In this document: positions 21,561-29,604 of the stretch, piece after piece
Layout of the letters: each line of letters opens with the position of its first letter
Position numbering within the stretch: position 1 is the first letter of the stretch
DNA from: Verrucomicrobiota bacterium
GTDB lineage: Bacteria > Verrucomicrobiota > Verrucomicrobiia > Limisphaerales > UBA11358
Direction: 5' to 3'
Assembly: GCA_049517655.1 (NCBI GenBank)
Contig: JBEKRQ010000004.1
Coordinates: 22,838 to 86,837 of the forward strand
Length of the DNA stretch: 64,000 bases
Program-made: the position numbers and the translations under genes
The notes under the pieces: model-generated
What the model saw: the letters and a program-made list of their open reading frames with translations, nothing else
Databases searched by the model: none
What the model was told of the DNA's origin: nothing

Positions 21561-21642
21561 GCCTAACGTTCCAAAGCTGAACCATGCCTGGTCGGTAATA
21601 CAAGGACAAAACTTATTAAACGGCCGGAAGTTCAGGTTTGCC
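21561..21642. repeat. Truncated attC-like site, copy E (GCCTAAC-GTTCCAAA-GCTGAAC ... GTTCAG)
   Basis: Same 5' architecture as the other copies. CTGAAC (21577-21582) can pair with GTTCAG (21630-21635), but no GTTRRRY box follows. Confidence 0.3.
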
Positions 21643-21687
21643 TCGCGCGGGAATTTTCTCTATTCCTTGCGTGTCAGTTTTCATTGA

Positions 21688-22152
21688 ATGAAAAAAACGT
21701 TGAAATGGATTTTCGGCGCGGTCGTTGTGGCGTTCGCCCTGTTGCAATTCACAAACCCGGCGCGCACAAACCCGCCGGTCATTCACGATTTTTTGGCTGC
21801 AACCATGCCGCCGATTGAAATCACCGGGATGTTCCGCGCGACGTGTTATGATTGTCATTCCCACCAAGTCAGATGGCCGTGGTATGGCCGCGTCGCGCCG
21901 GTGTCGTGGCTGGTGGCAGGTGATGTGAAGACGGCCCGGCGGTTTTTGAATTTTTCCGACTGGCCGGTTGATGATCCAGACCGCGCGGCGAACCGGTTGG
22001 AGAACATCAGCGAACAGTTGGGATATAACGAAATGCCGCCGGCCAATTACAAGCTGATGCATCCAGCCGCGCGGCTGACTGCCGCGCAACGCGAGCAACT
22101 CATTCAATGGGCGAACCAGAAAGCCGCGCAATTGAAGGCAAAGGGAAAATAA
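21688..22152 (+). CDS. Haem-binding domain protein (Haem_bd-type, CxxCH)
   Basis: N-terminal TM, then CYDCHSHQVRWPWYGRVAPVSWLVAGDVKTARRFLNFSDW. Confidence 0.75.
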   Translation: MKKTLKWIFGAVVVAFALLQFTNPARTNPPVIHDFLAATMPPIEITGMFRATCYDCHSHQVRWPWYGRVAPVSWLVAGDVKTARRFLNFSDWPVDDPDRAANRLENISEQLGYNEMPPANYKLMHPAARLTAAQREQLIQWANQKAAQLKAKGK

Positions 22153-22157
22153 CATTC

Positions 22158-22784
22158 ATGCTGCACAGCGAACTGATTCCCGCCGCCGAGAAAGATTCCC
22201 GCCGATTGATGATCATGCTGCACGGGCTGGGCGACAGCATTGACGGCTACCGCTGGTTGCCCAGCGAGATGTCCCTTCCGTGGCTGAATTATCTGCTCGT
22301 CAACGCGCCGGACGAATACTACGGCGGCTACTCGTGGTTCGATTTTCCAGACAATATCGTGCCGGGCGTTCAGCGCAGCCGGAAGTTGTTGTTCCAACTG
22401 CTTGACGATTTACGCACCAAGGGTTTTCCGACGGAGCAAATCACACTCGGCGGTTTTTCACAGGGTTCTCTCCTGTCGGTTGACGTCGGTCTGCGCTATC
22501 CGCACCGGCTGGCGGGTATCGTGGGCATCAGCGGCGGAGTTTGCGAACCGGAAAAATTATTGAAGGAACTTTCGCCGGTTGCGCACCAGCAACGTCTGCT
22601 CTTGACGCACGGCACAGACGACCCTTTGATCCCGATTGCTAAGGTGCGCGAGCAGGTTCAATTGCTCAAGGCCGCCGGTCTGTCCGTCGAGTGGCGCGAA
22701 TTTCCCAAAGCACACACAATTCATGGTAGTAAGGAACTTGCCGTGATTCGCGATTTTGTGCGCGCCGGCTATTCAGACAGGTAG
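22158..22784 (+). CDS. Phospholipase/carboxylesterase family alpha/beta hydrolase
   Basis: LMIMLHGLGDS, nucleophile elbow LGGFSQGS, THGTDDPLIP, and His in KAHTIHG. The stop TAG lies inside the GGTAGGG terminus of the downstream repeat. Confidence 0.8.
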   Translation: MLHSELIPAAEKDSRRLMIMLHGLGDSIDGYRWLPSEMSLPWLNYLLVNAPDEYYGGYSWFDFPDNIVPGVQRSRKLLFQLLDDLRTKGFPTEQITLGGFSQGSLLSVDVGLRYPHRLAGIVGISGGVCEPEKLLKELSPVAHQQRLLLTHGTDDPLIPIAKVREQVQLLKAAGLSVEWREFPKAHTIHGSKELAVIRDFVRAGYSDR

Positions 22785-22865
22785 GGCGCGGTCTCCGCAC
22801 CGCGCCGCGGCGGGCTGGGGACCGGTCTTCGCGAGGCTTCGCCCAGGCGAGCAGCCCGCCCTACC
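22780..22865. repeat. GGTAGGG...CCCTACC palindromic element (two stem-loops) between convergent genes
   Basis: GGTAGGGCGCGGTCTCCGCACCGCGCC...GGCGAGCAGCCCGCCCTACC. It fills the gap between the stops at 22784 (+) and 22868 (-). Confidence 0.85.
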
Positions 22866-22867
22866 AA

Positions 22868-23083
22868 TCACACCTTCACTTCGCGGCTCGTGCCGGGAAT
22901 CCAGATTTGCTCCGGTGGCGACTGACCGGCGCTCTGCCAATCCATCGCGCGCTCCACAATTTCACGCATCTGCATGAACCACCAGCCCGCGCGGGCGATG
23001 CGTCCTCCGCGTCGCGCGGGATTGGCGCCCCGACATTGGATGTCGGGGTTGAAGCCGAGTTCGAGTTGTTCGTTTGTCGTCAT
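22868..23083 (-). CDS. Small basic hypothetical protein (71 aa)
   Basis: MTTNEQLELGFNPDIQCRGANPARRGGRIARAGWWFMQMREIVERAMDW... The start was chosen at an internal ATG. No function recognised. Confidence 0.35.
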   Translation of the reverse strand: MTTNEQLELGFNPDIQCRGANPARRGGRIARAGWWFMQMREIVERAMDWQSAGQSPPEQIWIPGTSREVKV

Positions 23084-23295
23084 GATTCGCCTTTCTTTTG
23101 ACGACATTCTGACAGGCGGGGTTGGACAAAGGCTGTCCAAGCCGGAAAGAAATCGGGATGTTATACTTCACAAACCCACAACCCATAGGAGGAAGCTGTG
23201 AATAACCACAATTTTGGGGGACTCCTTAATTTGAAATGGTGGGGGGCTTTACTTCCGGCGGTTTGGCATGAAATTGCGGGATGCAGGTATAAAAT

Positions 23296-24165
23296 TCATT
23301 TTCCGTCAAAATGTCCCAGTGGACGCCCTGTCATATCCATCAAATCAACCGGCATAACCTCGGCATTTGTCTGGCCATTTGCGTTTTTGATTATTTTGCA
23401 GCTAATCATGCCGAGTCGTTGCTTTTGTGCCGGAATTGGAAATTCCCATTTCAGGTCATTTGCAATGACCACAACATTCCCAGAAAGAACATTCACATTA
23501 GAGCCTATTTGCCGCATTTCAATTGAGAAGCCTTTAACTCCATCAAAAAATCCAGCTTGGTTTTGCCACATCCACTTGTTGAAGAAATGGCCATACATAA
23601 CATCGCCAGAATCGTGGAATGATATGACAACATCATGCGTGTCTGGATGCACATTGTTTGGAATAAGATTTAATATGGAAATGTTGGCTGCATCCGCTCC
23701 AAGTCCGATGCTTGGAATTTTGTCAGAAACGTTTGTGCCTTGGAGAAACATTATGCCAGCACCGGTCATTTCTTCTAAATTAGAATATGGCAGCGGCGGC
23801 GGAGAAAAATCGCCCTTGATTCTAAATGTGGCAACCGCCGAAATGGAAGTGATTGGGCGTTTTAATGGGTCGTTTTTGGCCTCATCAATTTTGATTTGTC
23901 TAATTTCCAATCCATCTCTTGCCGCAAATGTGCCGGCAACAATAGTTTCAATGGCGATACCAACCATTAACATATTCCAGCCGCGCCCCGTTGATTTTTT
24001 AGATGCCCTAAAATCGGCAATGTCTTGGAACATTTCTTTGGCGGATTTTTTTTCCTTCCATAGTCCCCAAAACACAAGGCCGCCACCCAGCATGGCAAAA
24101 AACATAGTGACTAATTCCACAACCAGCCATGACAGCGCATCTGATGAAAAAACAGCCGAAAACAT
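23296..24165 (-). CDS. Hypothetical membrane protein (2 N-terminal TM helices plus beta-rich C-terminal domain), AT-rich island
   Basis: LSWLVVELVTMFFAMLGGGLVFWGLW and GWNMLMVGIAIETIVAGTFAA helices. Normal amino-acid composition, unlike the fully overlapping + strand ORF 23198..24241. Confidence 0.55.
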   Translation of the reverse strand: MFSAVFSSDALSWLVVELVTMFFAMLGGGLVFWGLWKEKKSAKEMFQDIADFRASKKSTGRGWNMLMVGIAIETIVAGTFAARDGLEIRQIKIDEAKNDPLKRPITSISAVATFRIKGDFSPPPLPYSNLEEMTGAGIMFLQGTNVSDKIPSIGLGADAANISILNLIPNNVHPDTHDVVISFHDSGDVMYGHFFNKWMWQNQAGFFDGVKGFSIEMRQIGSNVNVLSGNVVVIANDLKWEFPIPAQKQRLGMISCKIIKNANGQTNAEVMPVDLMDMTGRPLGHFDGK

Positions 24166-24435
24166 ATATGTTTTAATTTGGACGATTTGCGGGTTGGCTT
24201 ATTTGGCGCTTGTGATTTTTGTCATGACCCGCAGAAAATAATTTTTGCAATCTTCAAAATGCGTGCAATTTTCCAATCGTTTTGGGTGCGACCGATAGCA
24301 AGAGAATGTCCGCATCTAAAAACCCTGACAACAATAAAGAGGGGGGCGAAAAATGACACCTAAACTTTTGCCCCCGTTTTTCCAACAAAATAACTGGCTG
24401 GACGATTTTCAGGCGTTTGTGGATGATTTGACAAT

Positions 24436-25206
24436 ATGGCAGAAAAGCCCTCTAAAAGGCGACATTCCTATCTGGTTAAGGCCATTCTCAAAACCGGCGA
24501 GGACTTTGGAGCCACCGAAATCATTTCAGAAATCGTGGGAGGCATCGTAATTGCATTCCTTGCATATCAACGGGGAATCGCAAACCAAGCTGAGCTTCGA
24601 GCTTTGATTTTTCTATGTGTCGGGGCGGCTATAATTGCACCCATTTTCGGATTTTTAATGAGGCTCGTTTTCATAACGCCCTATAAAATTTATAAAGACC
24701 AAGAGTCCGAAATTGAAACGCTTCAGACTGAACTTGAGAAACAAAAAGCTACGAAAGCCAATCTTGAGATAATCCCCAAGGTTGTGCCAAATTACGAAGG
24801 ACAATATGTTTTTATTTGCGTCCATAATATCGGGCCTGCCTTTGCCAAAGAAGTTGAGGTTAAGTTAGAAAAATTTTTATTTAAGGATTCAATCAATGAA
24901 ACAATCGCTTCTCGCATAGGAAGGAAAGGGATTAAGGAAGATACGCCGGAAAATGCAATCACTGATATTAACGCTCAAAGCGAAGATACATGGGTACTTC
25001 TTTCCAATAACAGCGTTCAGCTATTCACAGATCTTCGGCTATTTATAATCCCCGACATCCGCATTTACGAACGTGCCGTGAATTTACGTGAATTTGAATT
25101 TTGGGTCAGCGCAAATGCCCAAAACGCGGCTTCTAAAAAAGAGATTTATATCAAGCTAAGGCTAAACGAGGCAGGAAAGGCAACGCTTGAAACGAAATGC
25201 TTGTGA
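24436..25206 (+). CDS. Hypothetical membrane protein (2 TM helices, short coiled coil, beta-rich C-terminal domain), AT-rich island
   Basis: IISEIVGGIVIAFLAY and ALIFLCVGAAIIAPIFGFLMRLVFI helices, then QESEIETLQTELEKQKATKANLE. No motif recognised. Confidence 0.55.
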   Translation: MAEKPSKRRHSYLVKAILKTGEDFGATEIISEIVGGIVIAFLAYQRGIANQAELRALIFLCVGAAIIAPIFGFLMRLVFITPYKIYKDQESEIETLQTELEKQKATKANLEIIPKVVPNYEGQYVFICVHNIGPAFAKEVEVKLEKFLFKDSINETIASRIGRKGIKEDTPENAITDINAQSEDTWVLLSNNSVQLFTDLRLFIIPDIRIYERAVNLREFEFWVSANAQNAASKKEIYIKLRLNEAGKATLETKCL

Positions 25207-25335
25207 ATAAAAGTGTCACAAAGCTGGAAGTAAAAATAGAGAGCGTTATTTAGGCCAACCGCTTGCTGGTCTTTTCTTTTGAAGGGACTTTTTGATCGCC
25301 GCTTGCCACCTGCCATTGAGCTTTAACATTTCCAG

Positions 25336-25692
25336 CTATTCGTGAAGCGTAATGGTGTCGCCCGGCTGGAGCGGCACGTCATGGCCATGAAGCAGATCTT
25401 TTGGATCAATTCGAGTCGTTTCACCCTGCCGCGTCAGGATGATTTCCTTCGGATTTCCATGGCCGGTGTAATTTGCCGCGACGATGGCCTGCGCAAGCGT
25501 CAGTCCCTCCGTCCACTGGACTTCGGGGTTTTGCACTTGGCCAATGACGACGATATTTGTGCGTTGCATCGCGGCGTAGGCATCGCGCTGTCCGGCCAGA
25601 TAAGCCGCCCGCACATCGGCTTGGGATGGCGAATGTGTCCTGCAACCGCCGCCGGCGAATGCCAAGAGCAAAACGACAACCAAGAATTTCAT
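25336..25692 (-). CDS. Lipoprotein with SLBB-like (soluble ligand-binding beta-grasp) domain
   Basis: Lipobox LLLAFAGGGC. IVVIGQVQNPEVQWTEGLTLAQAIVAA...ILTRQGETTRIDPKDLL...LQPGDTITL resembles polysaccharide-export SLBB modules. Confidence 0.6.
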   Translation of the reverse strand: MKFLVVVLLLAFAGGGCRTHSPSQADVRAAYLAGQRDAYAAMQRTNIVVIGQVQNPEVQWTEGLTLAQAIVAANYTGHGNPKEIILTRQGETTRIDPKDLLHGHDVPLQPGDTITLHE

Positions 25693-25735
25693 TTATAATT
25701 CCAACACCGCCATTCCACGAAACGTTGCTAAAAAT

Positions 25736-26518
25736 TTATTTATCCGCGCCCGGTGATTGCACGGAATTTTTCCATGCCGCCACGGCGGATTTAATTTCCT
25801 CTCCGACATGGCACCGGGGCTTTACGAATCGTGGCGTGAACCACGGGAACATTCCGATCAAATCCGGCGTGACCAAAATCTGCCCGTCGCAATCCTGACC
25901 GGAGCCAATCCCGATGGTTGGAATCGAAAGAGCTTCGGTCAATTCTTTCGCGACCGGCGGCGTGATTAATTCCAAAACGATTGCAAACGCACCGGCGTCC
26001 ACCAGCGCTTTTGCATTTTCAAGCAATGCCTCGCGCTCCGTTTCGTTTTTGCCTTTGCGGTGATAGCCGCCTTCCTCCAGCACATGTTGCGGTAACATGC
26101 CGAGATGACCGCAAAACGGAATTCCGGCGGCAATTATTGCACGAACTTGAGGCAGGATTTCGCGCCCGCCCTCGGCCTTCACAAATTCCGCGCCGGCGGC
26201 GGCGAGGCGCTTTGCATTTTCAACCGCGGTTTCCGGCGTTTCGTAACTGCGGAACGGCATGTCGGCCCCAAGCAACGCGCATGGTTTGGCGCGGGCGGCA
26301 GCACGAACGTGATGTTCCATTTCCGCCATCGTCACATGCGTTGTGTCGGGATAACCCAGCACGACCATGCCAAGTGAATCGCCGACGAAAATGATCGGGA
26401 TGCCCGCCTCGTCGAGCAATTTCGTCATGGGAAAGTCATAGGCCGTGAGCGCGGCGATTTTTTCGCCGCGGCCTTTCATGGCGCGAATCGTTTCAGCGGT
26501 GATTTTAGTTTCAGTCAT
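25736..26518 (-). CDS. panB: 3-methyl-2-oxobutanoate hydroxymethyltransferase
   Basis: KIAALTAYDFPMTKLLDEAGIPIIFVGDSLGMVVLGYPDT, VKAEGG, FCGHLGMLPQ. Confidence 0.95.
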   Translation of the reverse strand: MTETKITAETIRAMKGRGEKIAALTAYDFPMTKLLDEAGIPIIFVGDSLGMVVLGYPDTTHVTMAEMEHHVRAAARAKPCALLGADMPFRSYETPETAVENAKRLAAAGAEFVKAEGGREILPQVRAIIAAGIPFCGHLGMLPQHVLEEGGYHRKGKNETEREALLENAKALVDAGAFAIVLELITPPVAKELTEALSIPTIGIGSGQDCDGQILVTPDLIGMFPWFTPRFVKPRCHVGEEIKSAVAAWKNSVQSPGADK

Positions 26519-26529
26519 TGAATTTTATT

Positions 26530-26659
26530 GTAGCACCTGCCTCCGGCGGGTGGAATCCGGCGTCTCGCCGGATTTTTCGGTGTTAACGATGGTTTCGTAG
26601 TTTTATTAAAAGGCAATTCGGCGGGACGCCGAATTGAACCCGCGAGACGCGGGTGCTAC
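26530..26659. repeat. GTAGCACC...GGTGCTAC palindromic element with three internal hairpins
   Basis: Internal hairpins AATCCGGCGTCTCGCCGGATT, AATTCGGCGGGACGCCGAATT and CCCGCGAGACGCGGG. The terminal CTA (26656-26658) is the stop codon of the kinase gene on the minus strand. Confidence 0.8.
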
Positions 26660-27669
26660 CGCATAAAACTCTTCAGCAATTCCTGCGGTGTCGTTATGGC
26701 CGTGCCGATTTTGCCGACGACAATGCCCGCCGCGTGGTTCGAAAGAATCGCGGCTTCGAGCGGCGACGCGCCCGCCGCAATCGCCAGCGTGAACGTGGCG
26801 ATGACGGTGTCGCCCGCACCGGAAACGTCGAATACTTCCTGCGCGACGGTCGGGATGTGAAACGGCTTTTGCCCGCGCCGGCAGAGCAACATGCCCAGTT
26901 CGCCGAGCGTGATTAAAAGCACCGCCGGTCGCAGTTCGTTGAGCAATCGTTCCGCGACGAGCATGAGATTTTTATCGGCAAGCGGATTCGCGTTGTGGGT
27001 TTCATCCGGCAGATTCGCCAGCTCAAAAGCCTCCTTGCGATTCGGTGTGATGAGCGAAAGGTTGGAGAGATTCAAATGGTGAACCGGCTTGGGATCGAAG
27101 CTCAACCAGACGCCGCGCGCGCGGCAGAGCGATTTGATTTCATTGAGCAGCGGTTGCGTCACGACGCCCTTGCCGTAATCGCCGACAATGACGGCGGCGG
27201 CCCGGGGGAGTTTTGATTTCAATTGCGCGAGCAAACGGCCCGTCAATTTCGCATCCAAACCGTCGCGTGTTTCGCGGTCAATGCGGACGAGTTGTTGCTT
27301 GTGCGCAACGATGCGGGTTTTGATGCTCGTGTGCCGCGCGGTGTGAGTGACCAATCCGCCACAATTGATTTTTTGCCCGGCCAGAAGTTTTTTCAACCAG
27401 CGGCCGGCGTTGTCATTGCCGATCGCGCCGAAAATTTCCGTGGACAGGCCAAGCGCGGTCAAATTGCGGGCGATATTGGCCGCGCCGCCGGGCATGAAAC
27501 TTTCGCGCTCGAATTCGACGACCGGCACGGGCGCTTCGGGCGAAATGCGCGCGACGCTGCCCCAAATGAATTGGTCGAGCATCACGTCGCCGACGACGAG
27601 CACACGGGTTTTGGCGGCGGTGTTCAAAATCTGCCGTGCGCGGGGAGCGGACAAGGTTGTGCGATTCAC
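26656..27669 (-). CDS. hldA: D-glycero-beta-D-manno-heptose-7-phosphate kinase (RfaE domain I / HldA type, PfkB family)
   Basis: VLVVGDVMLDQFIWGSVARISPEAPVPVV, GGAANIARNL, DVSGAGDTVIATF. Confidence 0.8.
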   Translation of the reverse strand: MNRTTLSAPRARQILNTAAKTRVLVVGDVMLDQFIWGSVARISPEAPVPVVEFERESFMPGGAANIARNLTALGLSTEIFGAIGNDNAGRWLKKLLAGQKINCGGLVTHTARHTSIKTRIVAHKQQLVRIDRETRDGLDAKLTGRLLAQLKSKLPRAAAVIVGDYGKGVVTQPLLNEIKSLCRARGVWLSFDPKPVHHLNLSNLSLITPNRKEAFELANLPDETHNANPLADKNLMLVAERLLNELRPAVLLITLGELGMLLCRRGQKPFHIPTVAQEVFDVSGAGDTVIATFTLAIAAGASPLEAAILSNHAAGIVVGKIGTAITTPQELLKSFMR

Positions 27670-27762
27670 ACCCCATCTTTTAACCGGATTTGGCCTGTGA
27701 AGGAAACAAAGAATTTATAGCAAGTTTCAGTCAACATTGGCACAGTTTGATATGCCTCCGGG

Positions 27763-27864
27763 AAAAGCGGCGGAGGGCCGCCGCAGTCCAAGACGCTGCG
27801 CGCAACACGATGATTTCTCAAATACGCGAAGCGTTTTGGAGTGCGCCAGTCCCCTGGCGCTTTG
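27763..27864. repeat. Inverted pair of a roughly 32-bp hairpin unit (GTYTTGGASTGCG-stem-loop-CGCTTTK)
   Basis: AAAAGCGGCGGAGGGCCGCCGCAGTCCAAGAC ... GTTTTGGAGTGCGCCAGTCCCCTGGCGCTTTG. The same unit occurs at 33661-33763 and 39567-39648. Confidence 0.85.
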
Positions 27865-28019
27865 CACGAGGACGAACTGTCCTCGAGATTTCCTCATGAA
27901 CCTGTTTGTGCCAATGATAATATGAACTGCTATAGAGTGGAGGCAATTTGCAAAGGCCGGTTTCCTTTAAGGAAAATGGCGGATTGTTTGGAGGAATTTT
28001 TACGCGGATTAAACCCGGC

Positions 28020-28667
28020 CTAGAAAGTCCACGTTAACTTGGCCACAACGGAGTGAATGTAAACCCCGTCAATCTTAATATGATCGCTTAAGCCGCTAAG
28101 ATAGTAACGTTGGTTAAGCGTGCCGAGGAATTTGTAAGCGATGCCGATGGAAATGTTTTTTGACAACGCATAGTCCAATCCGGCTTCCGCCTGATAAGCA
28201 AAAGTAAAGTCGGTGTCACGATAATCGGTTCCCCGGTTGTTAAGGTCAAACATGCTGACTACTCCGCCGGCGCCAACACCGAGATAAGGAGTACACGGGG
28301 TTTTTGTTGGCATCTTATAGATAACATTTGCCAATATCGGAACTGAAGACATGTCAATGTTTTGGGAAACGGAGGCAAGAAAAACCCCGTTTATTGTATC
28401 TATGGAGTTCCACATGAAGCCTGATTCCAACTCCACGGCCCACGAATCATTGAGGTTGTAACCCAGATTAATATCAGCGCGGATGCCGGGGTCAAAAGTG
28501 GCATTTCTAACGTTTCCTTCTTCGATGAAAGACGCCTTCTGTTGGAACATATCACCGACACCAGCGCTTAGATAAAAATTGTCGCTCCAATCCGCCGCAC
28601 GCGCGCCTGCGGCAGACATGAGGAGAGCCGCACTCACCATTGTGACTGAACGAATGGTTGTTTTCAT
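28020..28667 (-). CDS. Small outer-membrane beta-barrel protein (OmpW/Opa-like)
   Basis: Signal peptide MKTTIRSVTMVSAALLMSAAGARA, alternating beta-strand pattern, terminal ..AKLTWTF. The start was set at an internal ATG. The gene is AT-richer than its neighbours. Confidence 0.7.
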   Translation of the reverse strand: MKTTIRSVTMVSAALLMSAAGARAADWSDNFYLSAGVGDMFQQKASFIEEGNVRNATFDPGIRADINLGYNLNDSWAVELESGFMWNSIDTINGVFLASVSQNIDMSSVPILANVIYKMPTKTPCTPYLGVGAGGVVSMFDLNNRGTDYRDTDFTFAYQAEAGLDYALSKNISIGIAYKFLGTLNQRYYLSGLSDHIKIDGVYIHSVVAKLTWTF

Positions 28668-28806
28668 AATTTTTCCATTTGCCCCAACCGCAACGTGCCG
28701 GCGTTGCCTTTTATTGTTTCGGGGAAAACTTGTTCCTCTATCCGGGATTCGGGTTTGACTGTCAATAATAAAAACTTTCCCGTTCTGCGTCAAACATCCA
28801 TTGCGT

Positions 28807-29604
28807 CTAATCAAGAAACGTTGTCAACGGACTGGTTGCACTGGCGGTTTCCTGCGCCGCAGCCAGTCCGGTCTCAAATGCGGCGCGTCCGGCTTCAACG
28901 GCCATTTTGAACGCGACGGCCATCCGGTTCGGATCACTCGAAACAGCGACGGCGGTGTTGACGAGCACGGCGTCCGCACCCATTTCCATCGCCTCCGCCG
29001 CGTGGCTCGGCGCCCCAAGTCCGGCGTCCACGACGACGGGCACGGTGGCTTGCTCGATGATGATGCGGATTTGGTCGCGCGTTTGCACGCCGCGGTTCGA
29101 GCCAATGGGTGAGCCAAGCGGCATCACGGTTGCGCAGCCGGCGTCCTGCAGCCGTTTTGCCAGGACCGGATCGGCGTTGATGTAAGGCAGCACGGTAAAA
29201 CCTTCCTTCACCAGAATTTCTGCGGCTTTGAGTGTCTCAACCGGGTCGGGCAGCAGGTAGCGCGGGTCGGGATGGATTTCCAGCTTGATCCATTTTGGCA
29301 AACCGGCGGCGGCGGCGAGGCGCGCGAGGCGCACAGCTTCATCGGCATTCGTCGCGCCGCTGGTGTTGGGCAGCAGCAGAAACTTTTTCAGGTCAATGAA
29401 TTCCAGAATGTTCGCGAACGGGTCGCGTTTGCCGCTCAAATCGGCGCGGCGTAGGGCGACGGTGACCATTTCCGCGCCGCTGGCGTCAAGCGCGTTGCGC
29501 ATGGCTTCGGGCGACGAGAACTTTCCCGTGCCCATGATGAGCCGCGACCGGAAAGTTCGTCCCGCGATGGTCAATGGCTGGTTTGAAAACGACATTGTGA
29601 CCAA
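28807..29604 (-). CDS. thiG: Thiazole synthase
   Basis: [68 protein letters not shown]. Confidence 0.95.
   Translation of the reverse strand: MVTMSFSNQPLTIAGRTFRSRLIMGTGKFSSPEAMRNALDASGAEMVTVALRRADLSGKRDPFANILEFIDLKKFLLLPNTSGATNADEAVRLARLAAAAGLPKWIKLEIHPDPRYLLPDPVETLKAAEILVKEGFTVLPYINADPVLAKRLQDAGCATVMPLGSPIGSNRGVQTRDQIRIIIEQATVPVVVDAGLGAPSHAAEAMEMGADAVLVNTAVAVSSDPNRMAVAFKMAVEAGRAAFETGLAAAQETASATSPLTTFLD

Noticed and set aside
23198-24241. A 347-aa + strand ORF that fully overlaps the minus-strand gene 23296..24165 in the AT-rich island. An open antisense frame of this length is surprising in AT-rich DNA.
   Set aside because: It lies in the frame where third codon positions face each other, so it stays open whenever the sense gene avoids TTA, CTA and TCA codons. 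Its product is rich in Ser, Pro, Cys and Trp and poor in charged residues. The minus-strand product looks like a normal membrane protein. It would only be worth revisiting if ribosome profiling showed + strand translation.
25207-25260. GTGTCACAAAGCTGGAAG...GCGTTATTTAGGC after the 24436..25206 gene looks like a degenerate attC-like site. A similar CGACATTCTGACAGGCGG occurs at about 23104-23121.
   Set aside because: The boxes do not fit RYYYAAC / GTTRRRY, the element would be only about 40 nt long, and no arm pairing is evident. It is too weak to link the AT-rich island to the cassette-like clusters.
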